A DNA stretch of 64,000 bases from Octopus bimaculoides (taxonomy: Eukaryota), in the NCBI RefSeq assembly GCF_001194135.2, contig NC_069001.1, positions 8,273,725-8,337,724 on the forward strand. The letters run 5' to 3'. The position numbers and the translations under genes were made by a program. The notes under the pieces were generated by a model. It saw only the letters and a program-made list of their open reading frames with translations. It was not told the origin of the DNA and did no database searches. Positions within the stretch are counted from its first letter, which is position 1. Every line of letters starts with the position of its first letter. This document shows positions 26,770 to 40,124 of this stretch, one piece after another.

Positions 26770-28030
26770 TTGTTGTTGCTGTTTATAACAGCTTAGTTCT
26801 GACCCAGCAGACTTACGTTCAAATATGTTCCAGTTGTGATTAATCCTTCTATTATTCAGTTATTGTGTATCCAAAGTATCTTTCCTATTGTTGTTTAACT
26901 CTTGGCCAATTCTAATACAACAGACTTATGATCAAAGACATTCCCACCATGATCATCCATCCTTTCTTTTATTCTGATGGTATTTCTTAAACTATATTAT
27001 CCAAGATATCCTTCTTCTTTGTTGTTTTGCTTCAGATTAGCTTTGTGACCAGAGCATTCCAGCTATGACCACACCATCTTATTTTTAGACTATGTATCCA
27101 GGACTATATTTTAAAATGTTTTCCCCTTTTTTTTTTTACAATGGTAGGGTGTGATTTGAATGAGATATACCTGATATTGCTAGCAGGTCAAATAGTAGTG
27201 GTTGTTGTTTCGCTCTTTGTCCTGTTTGAGTAAATCTATGGTAAAAAGTGTTCGAACTATGACCATCCCGTCTTTTGTCCATGCAATGTAGTTAAAAAGA
27301 CTACATTATCCATGGTTTTATTTTTTTTATTTTGAAAACTGCATTCTATTCTGTTTAGCTTACACGTCTGGTTCTTTACTAATTGTTACGCTTAGTAGTC
27401 TAACAACTACTATAGCTACAGCTATTACTGCTACTACTTCTACTCTTGTTGCAGTTGTATTTGTTCTCTAAAGCATGTTAAAAATGTTTTTATACATTAC
27501 AACATACTAACTTGTAACTGTCTATCAGTATTTGTGCACACATACAAAAATAATACAATACGACTAAATCATCATAATTTGCAGGACAATGGAATGTCAA
27601 TGGAATGTAGCTATATCGCTGGTGAAATCTCTTTCTATAAACTCGATCTCTAAAACTTCCTTCACATATTAGTCGTAAATCTTTTGTACAGATAACAATA
27701 CAAATGAACATGAAGACAGGATGTCATAGGAGAATGCTCCGCTGGACATCCTGGAGTGTTAAGTAACACAGCTTAAACTAATAGGCCAACACTTAGCAGG
27801 AATAAAATTTTAATTGGTGGATGGGTAGGTGGATGGGCTTATTTTCAATTCTAGATTACATTCTGCTTACCTTTTAAAATACATGGTTGTTGTTTAGCCA
27901 CAAATAAACCATGGTTGAGCACACCTATGATCAAGCCAGCCAGCTGTGAGCATTCTGTATTTTTTGGGTGTGATTTGAAAGAGATTTGGTTGATATTTCT
28001 AGCAGGTTGAACAACAACATGGTGGTTAAC
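26770..28030. repeat. Cluster of about five copies of an old abundant dispersed repeat (gttgttgtttagccccaggtcag...ggtagggtgtgatttgagggagatttggctgctatttctagcagg)
   Basis: Copies start near 26770, 26890, 27020, 27200 and 27885. About 22 decayed copies are recognisable by eye across the window. Confidence 0.65.
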
Positions 28031-29533
28031 TTGTTTGCTCTCTTTCTTTTATTGGCTAAATAATAAAATTGTGTTTATATAGGAATGTAAGTATGCCACT
28101 CATCATCTTAATTTTAACATCTGTTTATCTTACAAGTCAGAAGTGTAGCACATCATCACTTGATCCTGTGTCATCACCTATGCAAGATTCAACAGTCTGA
28201 GATCTGATCTCCTCATTTCTTCCAGTGCCTTGCTTGGTTTTTCTCTGGTGTGTTTCACTGTCAACATGCAAACCCACCACTGCCTATTCACATCATCATC
28301 ATCTGACATTCGTTTTTCCATGCTGGCATGGGTTAGATGGTTTGACTGGAGCTGGTAAGCTGGAGAGCTGCACCAGACAGTCTGTTTTGCCTTGGTTTCT
28401 ACGGCCGAATGCCCTTCCTAATGCCAACCACTCCATAGAGTGTACTGGATGCTTTTAATGTGTCACTGGCATGGGTACCTCTCTCTTCCCCTATATTGAC
28501 TGATGTCTTTAAAGCTCTGATACATTCATTTTTCAAACAAGGCACTGTTAATCTTTTTGATACCAACCTGCCTGAGACTACCTGTAGTTCTATGATACAA
28601 ACTTCTTGTTTGAAAGTGATCTAAATTAAAACCTGTGATCAAACTCCTTATCAATTTATGTTCCAACAACAACACTATTATGACATTACACATGAACCAC
28701 TTACACATTAATTTAATGAGATTAACATTTCGTTGATTGAACAACTTAATATGCATTGTTGAAACCAATGGAGGCTCCATTATATATATATATACACACT
28801 GCTGAGTGGTTGTGTTAGGAAGGGTATCCAGCTGTAAAAATCCTGCCAAAACAGTCACAGAAGTTTGGCGCAGACTTCTGCCTGACCGGCTCTTGTAGTA
28901 CCGCCCTGCCCATGCTAGCATGGAACATGAATGTTAAATGAGGATGATGATGATGACAGTGTATTTCAATAGAAATATGGTGAAAAGGAGTTAAACACTT
29001 AAGGGATTCATTTGCCCTATGTCTTGCTTCATTTCCCTCGTATCTTCACTTATTTTCCATATTCACTGTCCATGTTTCACTATTATGTAGTACCATGCTT
29101 CTAATAAATACTTTATATAATCTATCATCTGCTGTATTCACAAATCTTCCACATTCAATGTCCATACCCTATTACCATGTTGCATCACAGTCCTTACACC
29201 TACTTAGTGCAGTCAGCACTGTACATGTATAAACTTGATTGAATGTCTGTGTTGATTTTTTAGCCCCAGGTAAACCCTGACTGGGCAATAACACATGATC
29301 AAAAGCAGTTCAACTTTGACTGTTCAGTTTTTTTAAGATATCTTGTATTACAATGCATAACATGTCTTGTTTTGAAAGATGTTAGCATGTTGGGTGAGAT
29401 TTGGCTGGTGTTTCCAGCAGTTTAAGCAAACATGTAGAACTGCCTCAATGGTTTAGTCTGTAGCATTAGCTTGAGCGTGTGCATGTGTCTGTGTATAGAT
29501 AGTCACTGTAACGAATTAGTTAAATTCCAATTG

Positions 29534-29580
<47 letters not shown>

Positions 29581-30092
29581 NNNNNNNNNNNNNNNNNNNN
29601 NNNNNNNNNNNNNNNNNNNNNNNNNNNNNNNNNNNNNNNNNNNNNNNNNNNNNNNNNNNNNNNNNNNNNNNNNNNNNNNNNNNNNNNNNNNNNNNNNNNN
29701 NNNNNNNNNNNNNNNNNNNNNNNNNNNNNNNNNNNNNNNNNNNNNNNNNNNNNNNNNNNNNNNNNNNNNNNNNNNNNNNNNNNNNNNNNNNNNNNNNNNN
29801 NNNNNNNNNNNNNNNNNNNNNNNNNNNNNNNNNNNNNNNNNNNNNNNNNNNNNNNNNNNNNNNNNNNNNNNNNNNNNNNNNNNNNNNNNNNNNNNNNNNN
29901 NNNNNNNNNNNNNNNNNNNNNNNNNNNNNNNNNNNNNNNNNNNNNNNNNNNNNNNNNNNNNNNNNNNNNNNNNNNNNNNNNNNNNNNNNNNNNNNNNNNN
30001 NNNNNNNNNNNNNNNNNNNNNNNNNNNNNNNNNNNNNNNNNNNNNNNNNNNNNNNNNNNNNNNNNNNNNNNNNNNNNNNNNNNNNNNNNNNN

Positions 30093-30137
<45 letters not shown>

Positions 30138-30611
30138 TTCAGCTGTTTTATCAGCTGATGGATAGTTTTATTGTGAGAAGTGTACAAACATTGGTGAACA
30201 CGACCTAGATAATAACAAAAACAATAATAGTAATAATATAAACAACAGCAATTATCACCATCACCAATGTCCTCCATCCTATCTCCATTTTTTTGGGTTC
30301 CATTACCAGGGCTTACATTAAGTCATAATTAGTGGGTTTTATTGTGCCATTGTTTTCATTTTCTAAAGGGAAGCAAAATACAAGAAATAAATGGTCTATT
30401 TTTAAAGTTTTCATTACAACAACTATTTCCACTATTTCCACAAGAATCTAACCTATGAGTCTGTTGTTTCCTGTGTTCTCTGGTATTCAGGTTGGATGAA
30501 AGTAGCCTTGAATCTTCTGAGAAGATAGGAAGTTAAACGACCACCATAACTACCAGCTGGTACTCACTTGTAGCATGTACCATTATGAGAATATATAAAT
30601 ACTTCATATAG

Positions 30612-30910
30612 AGGCATGGGTGTATGGTTAAGAAACTCAATTTGCAACCAAGCGGTTTTAGGTTCAATCCCACTTAGTTGTCACTTGTACAGAAGCTTGT
30701 TGTTTGTGTGTGTCTTTGGGTTTGTGTTTGTCCTGCCATCATCATTTGACTACCAGTGTCGGTTTGTTTATATTCCCTTAGTGGTTTGGCAAAAGAAATC
30801 AATAGCATAAGTACCAGGCTTAAAAAATAACTACTAGGTTTGCTTTGTTTGACTAAATCCTTCAAGGTAGTACTCCAGCCTGACCACAGTCCAATGACTT
30901 AAGTAAAAAG
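30612..30910 (+). mobile_element. SINE family 1 copy, internally deleted
   Basis: gaggcatgggtgtatggttaagaaac..ggttcaatccc, then the tail gtaccaggcttaaaaaataactactagg..ccacagtccaatgact. Confidence 0.65.
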
Positions 30911-31636
30911 ATAGAGATGTGTGTGTGTGTGTGTGTGGACACAGGCACAGTTGAATGGTTAAGAAGTTTACTTTGCAATCTTGAGGTTCCAGGTTCAGTT
31001 CCACTATGTGGTTGTCTTTATCATGGCTTCAGGTGACCCTAAGCTTTGTGAGTGAAATTGGGTAAACAAAAACTATATGAAAACTTGCCAAATTCAAAGG
31101 TCCATCCCTCTTGTATATTGTGTCAGGCTGATTTGGATTGTACTGAACCACTTACACATTAATTTAATGAGATGAACATTTTGTTGATTGAACAACTTAA
31201 TATGCATTGTTGAAACCAATGGAGGCTCCATTATAAATATATATATATATATATATCTTTATATATATATATATATAGGAGAGTATTGTAGTTCTCTTGA
31301 AGCATTGTGTATTGTTTGTAAAGAATAAAAAGTATCGAATGGTACGACAATGCACTATAATACAAAAAGTGGACTATATGCCTGTTGTAATTTAGTTATC
31401 TATAGTCCGATTATGATATAAACAACAGCAATTAGCACCATCGCCAATGGTTCAGTCTGTAGCATTAGCTTGAGCGTGTGCATGTGTCTGTGTATAGATA
31501 GTGACTGTAATGAATTAGTTAAATTCCTATTGCCCTATATAGATATATAGATATATATAGATAACTAAATTACAACAGGTATGTAGTCCATTTTTTGTAT
31601 TACAATGCATTGTTGTACCATTCAAAACTTTTTATT

Positions 31637-31685
<49 letters not shown>

Positions 31686-31689
31686 TATA

Positions 31690-31725
31690 TACGAGGGGGT
31701 GCTGAAAAGTTCTTAGCTTTAAGGG
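31690..31725 (+). mobile_element. Isolated mariner-type terminus fragment
   Basis: TA|CGAGGGGGTGCTGAAAAGTTC directly after a (TA)n run resembles mariner TACGAGGG termini. No partner end found. Confidence 0.4.
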
Positions 31726-31789
31726 TCTTGTGAAAGGCCGGGTAAAAACACATACAAAGACACACACTCATAGCAATGTATACATATAC

Positions 31790-31948
31790 AACAGGCTTCT
31801 TTCAGTTTCCATCTGCCAAATCTTCTCAAGGCTTTTGTTGGTCTGAGGATGTAGTAGAAAACACTTGCCCAAAGTACCATGGAGTGGGACTGAAACTGGA
31901 ACCATGTGGTTGGGAAGCAAGCTTCTTACTACACAACCATGCCTGCAC
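31790..31948 (-). mobile_element. SINE family 1 head
   Basis: caggcttctttcagtttccatctgcc..gtagaaaacacttgcccaaagtacc..tgggaagcaagcttcttactacacaacc. Confidence 0.75.
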
Positions 31949-33862
31949 CTATATATGTGTGTGTGTATGTGTGTGTGTGTGTATCAAATATAGTAAAGCT
32001 TGAATATTGTGTATGTTATTATTTAATCACAGGTCGGCTCTGATCCTGCAGACCTACAATCTCATTCCTGCCATGACCATCTCATCTGTTATTTAGGCAA
32101 TATATGTAGGGCTACATCATCTAATGGCTCTCATTATTTTTATGGAAAATAGTAGTGTATGATATGAGGGTCATTTCTTGCAGACCAAGCACGGCTATGT
32201 AGATACTACATTTATGGCTCTATGATGTTGTTGATGATAATGATGATGACATTGACTAATTGGTATAAAAATGATCCACAAATGCCTGAATCAAACTTAA
32301 GTAAACTGAAGCATCCGGATTGATGATAAATAAATTTGACCGAGTGAAATAGCATATTAGTTTAAGTGTGAAATAAATCCTGTTTAGTTGAGTGTGAAAG
32401 TATTCCTGGACTGAGAGTGATTTTATTTTTTAATTTTTATTTCTTCTGTCTTAAGCAGCTTTCCAAATACCTTGGTCTTACTTCCATCATTACATGATAT
32501 GAAATAACTGCTTTATCACTCCAGTGGATTTAATCTTCCTTAATCCATCTCCCCTTCCTTCTAGCTTAAAAGCTATGCTTTCATCCTCTCACTCACAGCA
32601 CTGTGTGTGGTAAGAGAGATGGTTTGTATATATATATGTGTGTGCTTGTTGTGTCAGGTGGGCAGAAATGGAGGAACCAAGAGATTGATATTATCATCAT
32701 CATCATCATTATTAATGCAGCAAGCTGGCAGTATCATTAGTGTGCTGGACGAAATGCTTAGTGGTATTTTGCCAGTCACTACGCTTTGAGTTCAAATTCC
32801 ACTGAGGTTGACTTTGCCTTTCATCCTTTCTGGGTCCATAAATTAAGTACCAGTTGGACACTGGAGTTGATGTAATTGACACATGCCTCCCTCAAAATGG
32901 CTGCCCCTGTGTCAAAATTTGAAACCATTAGTATTATTTACATTATTTACAATTGACGGATATTTGTCCTCAACTTGTTTGTTGTTAACACGTTTCGGCT
33001 GATATACCCTCCCTGGGGGTAGTTGAAATTTCCAAGGGAGTGTTGAAGAAAAGTGAGGTGATAATGGGGTAGCTATTCATGTAAAAACAACAAAGTAATG
33101 GGTTCATTAGGTTAAATTTTATTTGTGAAATACATTTGCATTGAATTTGCTTCAGAAAGAGGTCTCTGTTTGTGATGGTTAGTTGGGGTTGCAGCACTAG
33201 GAATTTGGCCTGGGTGTGAAGGCGGCAGCTGCTCGAAAAAGGTTGGGAACCACTGACGTAGAACGATAGAACAGTAGTGCATGAATTTGTTCAGTGTCCA
33301 AGCATTGTTTTCTTGTGGAGTTATGTCAGCCAGCTGCTGTATTATGTGGAATGGATCTAGCTATCAGCTGTGCCCATTTCAATGATTTCCTTGCCACTTG
33401 CTTTTAATTGGGCAGAGAAGGCAGTTTCCTTTCTGTTTGGTGGCTTCAGCAAAAGAGGATGTGCGGTGGATGAGGTTGAAATGAACGAAGGCAGAAACTT
33501 TCCTCTTTGGTGAAGTTAAACTTGAAAAGGAAGGCGAGGCACTACTTTCCTCTAGTGAACTTAATGAAATGTGGGTGAGAGTGGTAAAAAAAGAGCACTC
33601 TAAGTAGAAGCCTGTACATCAGAGAACAACAACTAGAGAGTGCACTTACTCTTGGTGTTCAAAGAAATCTGGGGTTGTGGGGTTCTTCAGTCGGCCTTAA
33701 AGCTCTTCCTGTATCAGGAAGATTGCATTATCATTTTTCCTCATTTTTTAATTTCCATTTAATGTCCACTTTTCCAAGCTTGCATGGGCCATTTTCTTAA
33801 TGTTGTATACCATGTGTATTTATATTTTATGACTTATATATATATATATATATATTTTATGA

Positions 33863-33918
<56 letters not shown>

Positions 33919-34384
33919 CACACACACACGTGTATAAGGGATGACNNNNNNNNNNNNNNNNNNNNNNNNNNNNNNNNNNNNNNNNNNNNNNNNNNNNNNN
34001 NNNNNNNNNNNNNNNNNNNNNNNNNNNNNNNNNNNNNNNNNNNNNNNNNNNNNNNNNNNNNNNNNNNNNNNNNNNNNNNNNNNNNNNNNNNNNNNNNNNN
34101 NNNNNNNNNNNNNNNNNNNNNNNNNNNNNNNNNNNNNNNNNNNNNNNNNNNNNNNNNNNNNNNNNNNNNNNNNNNNNNNNNNNNNNNNNNNNNNNNNNNN
34201 NNNNNNNNNNNNNNNNNNNNNNNNNNNNNNNNNNNNNNNNNNNNNNNNNNNNNNNNNNNNNNNNNNNNNNNNNNNNNNNNNNNNNNNNATAAATAAATAC
34301 CCAAAGTGCAATGCTTACTTTTAGAACATTTTGTTTGGTTTATTTCAACTGCTTCATTCAAAATTTCCTTTCTGTCTTTTTCAG

Positions 34385-34501
34385 TTTTTATGCCTGAAAA
34401 ATATAAGGACATTTTTACAGACATGCAAGAAAGTATTTGGTTTAAAGGATCAGGATTTGTTTGATCCACCAGATCTGTTTGATGTGAAAGATTTTCGGAA
34501 G
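34385..34501 (+). CDS. VAV: Vav-family guanine nucleotide exchange factor, internal coding exon (CH domain; equivalent to vertebrate exon 2)
   Basis: Polypyrimidine tract + cag acceptor (..ctgtctttttcag) and AAG|gtaggt donor. 117 nt, phase 0-0, reading [39 protein letters not shown]. This matches the recalled human VAV1 CH segment [39 protein letters not shown], also 39 codons. Confidence 0.96.
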
Positions 34502-35890
34502 GTAGGTGAAAAAGATTTTTTTAAAAAAATTGTATGTGTGCATGCCTGTACATGCACACACACTCACAGACGCATTCACACACATGCAGGTACACACACA
34601 GGTGAGTGAAGAAACAAAAGAAAGTAGCACTCAATAGAGTTTGTTGGAGTTACATGTATTTCATAACAGTTTGGCTCAACTTCAAACTAGCTGGAAGTTT
34701 CATGAGTGTGGGACTTGTCCACATCATCAGATGTTCAAAGTCAGCGTGGAGAGAATTTAAAAGAAATCTAAAATGGCTTCTAAGTGAGAGTATTTAGGTT
34801 TCCATTTGTCTCATGCTTGTTATTACTATTACACAGTTATTAATATTACACATTTTTTTAAAACCCTGTAGAATGTTGGTGTAATTTTTGTTGGCTTTCT
34901 GCTGAAGGTGGCATCAGTTGTCATTCTGTATTGTATGGTGTTTCCGTAATAGTCATAGTCATGTGGGTAAGTAGCCAGTTTGAAGGTGTTAGGTGACAGG
35001 AGTTTATGTGACTGATGTGAATTATAGTAGGCAGCAATGTTTGTGGACAACAAAATTTTTATATCATGCTGAGAGTGGTTATATCAGAGTTATCAGTGTT
35101 GCCTTTTTTTGCCCAGTAGAAACACTGTGAAACGAGTGATTTTATAGCATTCATGATGAATCTAATTTCAAGAATTATTTGGTTAATTGTCTATCAAAGG
35201 CTAGGACTTTCAGGAGGAGGTATTAGATGAACTTGCAGGCTGCTTTATTCTCAGTGTGGGGAACCTGTTAATTACAGTAGTGCTGCAATCCCATTGGAGC
35301 AACTCTGTGATCCTTCACACATTGGATTTGTACTTTCAAGGCTTTGTATTGCCCACTACTGTTGTAGAAGACACTAGCCCAAGGTACTGGGACTGAATTT
35401 GAAACTGTATGGTTAGTAAGTGAATTTACCATAATAGTTTTGACTTAGGAACTACTGACTTTCTGATTGCAGAAGTGGTACCCAACTAACGCAGTGGTGA
35501 CTCCCACCCATCCTGTATATGAAAAGTGTTGCTTTCTTATATTCATGTTGAATTACTCTCCAATAAAAGAAAGCAAACCTCTTCATATAATATTACTTAG
35601 AAATATAATTGAGTGTACAGTGTGTTTTTATCATCATCTTCATCATTGTTGTTGTTATATTACATCCGCTTTCTATGCCGGCATATGTGTATGCTTGTTT
35701 GTGTGTAACTATTGGTCAGTATATATGAATATGCGTGTGTGTGTGCATGCATTTGTCAATCTGCATGTTTGCATTTGTTTGTGTACATGTGTGCATATAT
35801 TTGTCAGTGTATGCCTGTGTGTGTGTTTTCTATATAACTATCCTATCAAACATGCAAGCATGCATTTGTCATGTGTGTGTGTATATATAT

Positions 35891-35969
<79 letters not shown>

Positions 35970-36515
35970 NNNNNNNNNNNNNNNNNNNNNNNNNNNNNNN
36001 NNNNNNNNNNNNNNNNNNNNNNNNNNNNNNNNNNNNNNNNNNNNNNNNNNNNNNNNNNNNNNNNNNNNNNNNNNNNNNNNNNNNNNNNNNNNNNNNNNNN
36101 NNNNNNNNNNNNNNNNNNNNNNNNNNNNNNNNNNNNNNNNNNNNNNNNNNNNNNNNNNNNNNNNNNNNNNNNNNNNNNNNNNNNNNNNNNNNNNNNNNNN
36201 NNNNNNNNNNNNNNNNNNNNNNNNNNNNNNNNNNNNNNNNNNNNNNNNNNNNNNNNNNNNNNNNNNNNNNNNNNNNNNNNNNNNNNNNNNNNNNNNNNNN
36301 NNNNNNNNNNNNNNNNNNNNNNNNNNNNNNNNNNNNNNNNNNNNNNNNNNNNNNNNNNNNNNNNNNNNNNNNNNNNNNNNNNNNNNNNNNNNNNNNNNNN
36401 NNNNNNNNNNNNNNNNNNNNNNNNNNNNNNNNNNGTAGGGTAAAGAACTAACAGATGTTATTGCCTGGGATGTAACCCATCTAACTCCAAAGACCCACTC
36501 TCTTTTGAAGTGACA

Positions 36516-36549
<34 letters not shown>

Positions 36550-36629
36550 CGATGATGATGATGATTTCAAATTTTGGCACAAGGCCGGCAGTTTTGGGGA
36601 AGAGATAAGTTGATATGAATAATAATAAT

Positions 36630-36950
36630 CCTCAAAATCGAAATTGTAATTGAACCAAATTCGATGACTGGCACCTGTGCCAGTGGAGCACTAACAGCAC
36701 CGTCTGAGCGTGATCGTTGCCAGAGCAGCTGTTTGGCTTCCGTGCCAGTGGCACGTAAATAGCACCATTTGAGCGTAATCGTTACCAGCATCGCCTTACT
36801 GGCACTTGTGCCGGTGGCACGTGAAAAAACATTTGAGCGAGGTTGTTGCCAGTGCCACTGGACTGGCTCCTGTGCAGTTGGCACGTAAAACACACCATTT
36901 TGAGCATGGCTGTTGCCAGTACCGCCTGACTGGCTCTTGTGCGCAGGTGC
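36630..36950 (+). mobile_element. Retroposon 3' UTR fragment with about 4 copies of a roughly 60-bp GC-rich unit
   Basis: Repeated ggcacgtaaa..gcaccatttgagcg..tcgttgccag..actggc units. 36841-36940 is about 87% identical (hand count) to the reverse complement of 54105-54205. Confidence 0.7.
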
Positions 36951-37147
36951 CATAATGATAATAATGATATTGATACAAGATAATACATTTTGAGGAAAGG
37001 CACTAGTGGTTAATTTAACACTAGTATTTTTCTCAGTGTACGACATCCAGACCTTGGGTCACATTCAAGACTCTCTATTCCCCTCCTAAATTCAGTTGCC
37101 CACTTATACGCTGTGGATAAAGGAGGAGTGTCATCCCTTAGTGCAGT

Positions 37148-37249
37148 GAGGCTATAGTAGAAGACACTTTCCCAAGGTGCCATGCAGTGGGACTGTACCC
37201 AGAACCATGTGGATCGTAAGCAAGCTACTTACCACACAGCCACTCCTAC
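37148..37249 (-). mobile_element. SINE family 1 head fragment
   Basis: gaggctatagtagaagacactttcccaaggtgccatgcagtgggactg..caagctacttaccacacagccactcc. Confidence 0.75.
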
Positions 37250-37522
37250 ATATGTATATATGTACATGTGTCTGTTGAACATTCACTAACTTACATGGTT
37301 GATTTATTCAGTGAGTAGGTAGTTCTTTTGATTGCACAATTGGAATATTTATTATCAAGTGCACTTTACAAATACAATCTGTAAATGGGACAGTGAAAAT
37401 ATGCAAGTGTTTTCTAAAGCTCAGCATGTGCCACTTATCATTAACATAATTCCATCAATGGAGCTTTCTGTTTGTCTTAGAAACCAGCCCCTTCCGTATA
37501 GAAAGAAAAAAAAAACATGTAC

Positions 37523-37554
<32 letters not shown>

Positions 37555-38030
37555 NNNNNNNNNNNNNNNNNNNNNNNNNNNNNNNNNNNNNNNNNNNNNN
37601 NNNNNNNNNNNNNNNNNNNNNNNAAACATACACACATTTAATTAAAAGATATACGTATAAGTCTATTAACCAAAAAAACACTGTCTTGCTTCTATTAATT
37701 AGTTTATACACACTGCCAGAGACTTGCACTGTTATAAAAATTAGGGCAGATCAATTCAGCTGTATCGGAGTCTGTGTATATTATAAATAGCTATAAGTAC
37801 AATTCTTTTTGTGGTCAGGAAAATGAATGCCTCATCTCTGATAAAGTGGGGTTGGGGGTGGGGGAAAATTATTGAAACTAATGAAACCAATCTTTTTTTG
37901 GTCACAGAGAGAAGAACATGTGGTGTAACCACTGTATCTTCTTTCACACAGAGAGGCTATAAATCAGTGTTTATTAAAAAGCATGCACCTGTAAGTCTGT
38001 TTTCTCCTTCCTTCCCTTCCTGTATTTATA

Positions 38031-38031
<1 letters not shown>

Positions 38032-38072
<41 letters not shown>

Positions 38073-38077
38073 GTTTA

Positions 38078-38114
<37 letters not shown>

Positions 38115-38122
38115 CTATCTAT
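38032..38122. repeat. (ATCT)n/(CT)n microsatellite
   Basis: Directly visible. Confidence 0.9.
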
Positions 38123-39029
38123 CCATCAATCATTTTACATCCTCTTTCCATGCTAACACACATACAAATACAAATGTATGAATGTATGTATGTTTACATG
38201 TACATGTGTATGTATGTACGTTTGTATTTGTGTGTAATAGTTGTAAGACTAGGAGTATTGTTAATTTTAAAAAAATTATATTAGTTAGTAGTATTAGAGT
38301 TATATTTTGTAGTTCACACTGAAACAATGTGAAGACTTTCAGGTGATGAATCAAATCAAACAGGTGGTGGTGTAACTTGTGTTTCTCCCGGAGATGATGG
38401 TATACACTTCAACATGCTATGAAGGCTCATACACAGAGGGAAGGTGGTGGTAGGCATTGTGGTAGCCATATTAGTGTTGTTGATGGTGGTGGAGCTAATG
38501 ATTGTGTTTGTGACAACAGTAGCAACCAAAGATGATAGTAATAACAATAATAGTGGTTGTAGTAGTGTTGGTGTTGGTAGCAATTGTATTAGTGGAGGCA
38601 GTGTTGATGGTGGTGGTGGCATAAGTATGGAGGGAGTAATGATTGTGGTGGTGAAAAGTCAGCTAAGATTTGATATCTTTAGGCTGTGACCTAATTTCAG
38701 AACATAACTCTTCATACCTGCATTTTGAGAAATTTCTGTATAATTAATACTATTTTTTCTACACTAGGGTAGAGAGGGTAGTAGGTAGGTTGAGGTTAGA
38801 GTAAAAAAGAACAGGAAATTGTTTTACTTGAGGTGTTTAAGAAATAAAAACAAAAACAAAAGGCAGAAAGAAATAAAAAAAAAACAAACATCTTAATTAA
38901 GAATGTTTTTTATTGGAGTTTTTTCTTGTGTTGGTTTTTTTTATTGTTTTGTTCTATTATTGTACAACTGGATCTATTTGGTTTGCAGTTTTAAACCTTA
39001 CATCTGATATTTTATAGATTTGTGTGCGT

Positions 39030-39080
<51 letters not shown>

Positions 39081-39088
39081 CATACTCT

Positions 39089-39139
<51 letters not shown>

Positions 39140-39715
39140 ACATATATACACCACACATGCACACCTACTTAAAGATATACACACTCTCACAATCACATAC
39201 ATTCATGAATACTTTGTTGGAAAAACCATGTATAATTGCACACATTTGACATTTTTTTTTCTTTTTTGTTTCTGGTCATGCTTAGTGAATTAGCCTTCTA
39301 TTTTTTTGAATCGCCTTCAATCAGTGACACTATCAAAGTGAATGGCAGATAGTAATGTCTTCTACTTCTAAATGGTTCATGCTGCCCCTCTTCAAAGGGT
39401 CTTCACTTGGTCTTTGAACAGTTTCATTGATCTTCCAGTCAGTCAGACATTGGTCCTGATGTAGGCAGCTGTAGTTAGCATAACTTGGCTATTCAATAAA
39501 TATGGATGAGCAATGTAAGTACTAGTGTCTTCTTGATAGACTAAAGATAGACCCTTGATAAGATCCTTGATAGACTAAAGATAGACCCTTGAAGCTGATA
39601 GAAACTATTGAAAAGAAATTATGTGTGCATATATACATATATCTAGTAGTTAGGATTCTCCAGGTGGCCTGTGTTTGATTCCTGGCAGGGGAACACAGTT
39701 ATTTGTAGGCATAGG

Positions 39716-40072
39716 ACTGGCTGTGTGGTAAGAAACTTGCTTCCCAACCACATAGTTCCAGGTTCAGTCCTACTGTGTGGTACCTTGAGCGAGTGTTTTC
39801 TACTGTATCCTTGGACTAACCAAAGCCTTGTAAGTGGATTTGGTAGATGGAAACTGAAAGAAGTCCATTGTATATAGACATACATACATATATATATGTA
39901 TGTATGTGTATCTATGTGTATATGTCTTTCTGTCTGCTTGTTCCACCCCCCTGTTTGACAACTGGTGTTGGTGTGTTTGCATTCCTGTAACTTAGCAGTT
40001 CGGCACAAGTGACCAATGGAATATGTACCAGGCTTAAAAAATAAGTACTGGGGTTGATTCATTCAAGTAAAA
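39716..40072 (+). mobile_element. SINE family 1 copy
   Basis: ggctgtgtggtaagaaacttgcttcccaaccacatagttccaggttcagtcc...gtaccaggcttaaaaaataagtactggggttgattc. Confidence 0.8.

Positions 40073-40124
<52 letters not shown>

Noticed and set aside
32945-33720. Possible Penelope-like end (gttaacacgtttcggctgatataccctcc), a lone hAT-like terminus (ggttgggaaccactg, 33241-33255) and coding-looking sequence after it
   Set aside because: No partner terminus, TSD or convincing protein motif in hand translation; cannot be classified.
33826-33875. Tandem copy of tatattttatgacttatata
   Set aside because: Slippage product inside a (TA)n tract next to a gap.
29471-36451. Long ORFs such as 29471-30208, 33784-34296 and 35467-36438 (also 62607-63556)
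   Set aside because: Length comes from N-gaps (X runs) and dinucleotide repeats ([12 protein letters not shown]).
38356-38689. Pro/Thr/Val/Gly-rich ORFs on both strands (also 46991-47413)
   Set aside because: Translation of (GGT)/(GTA)/(GAT) low-complexity DNA; no splice or homology support.
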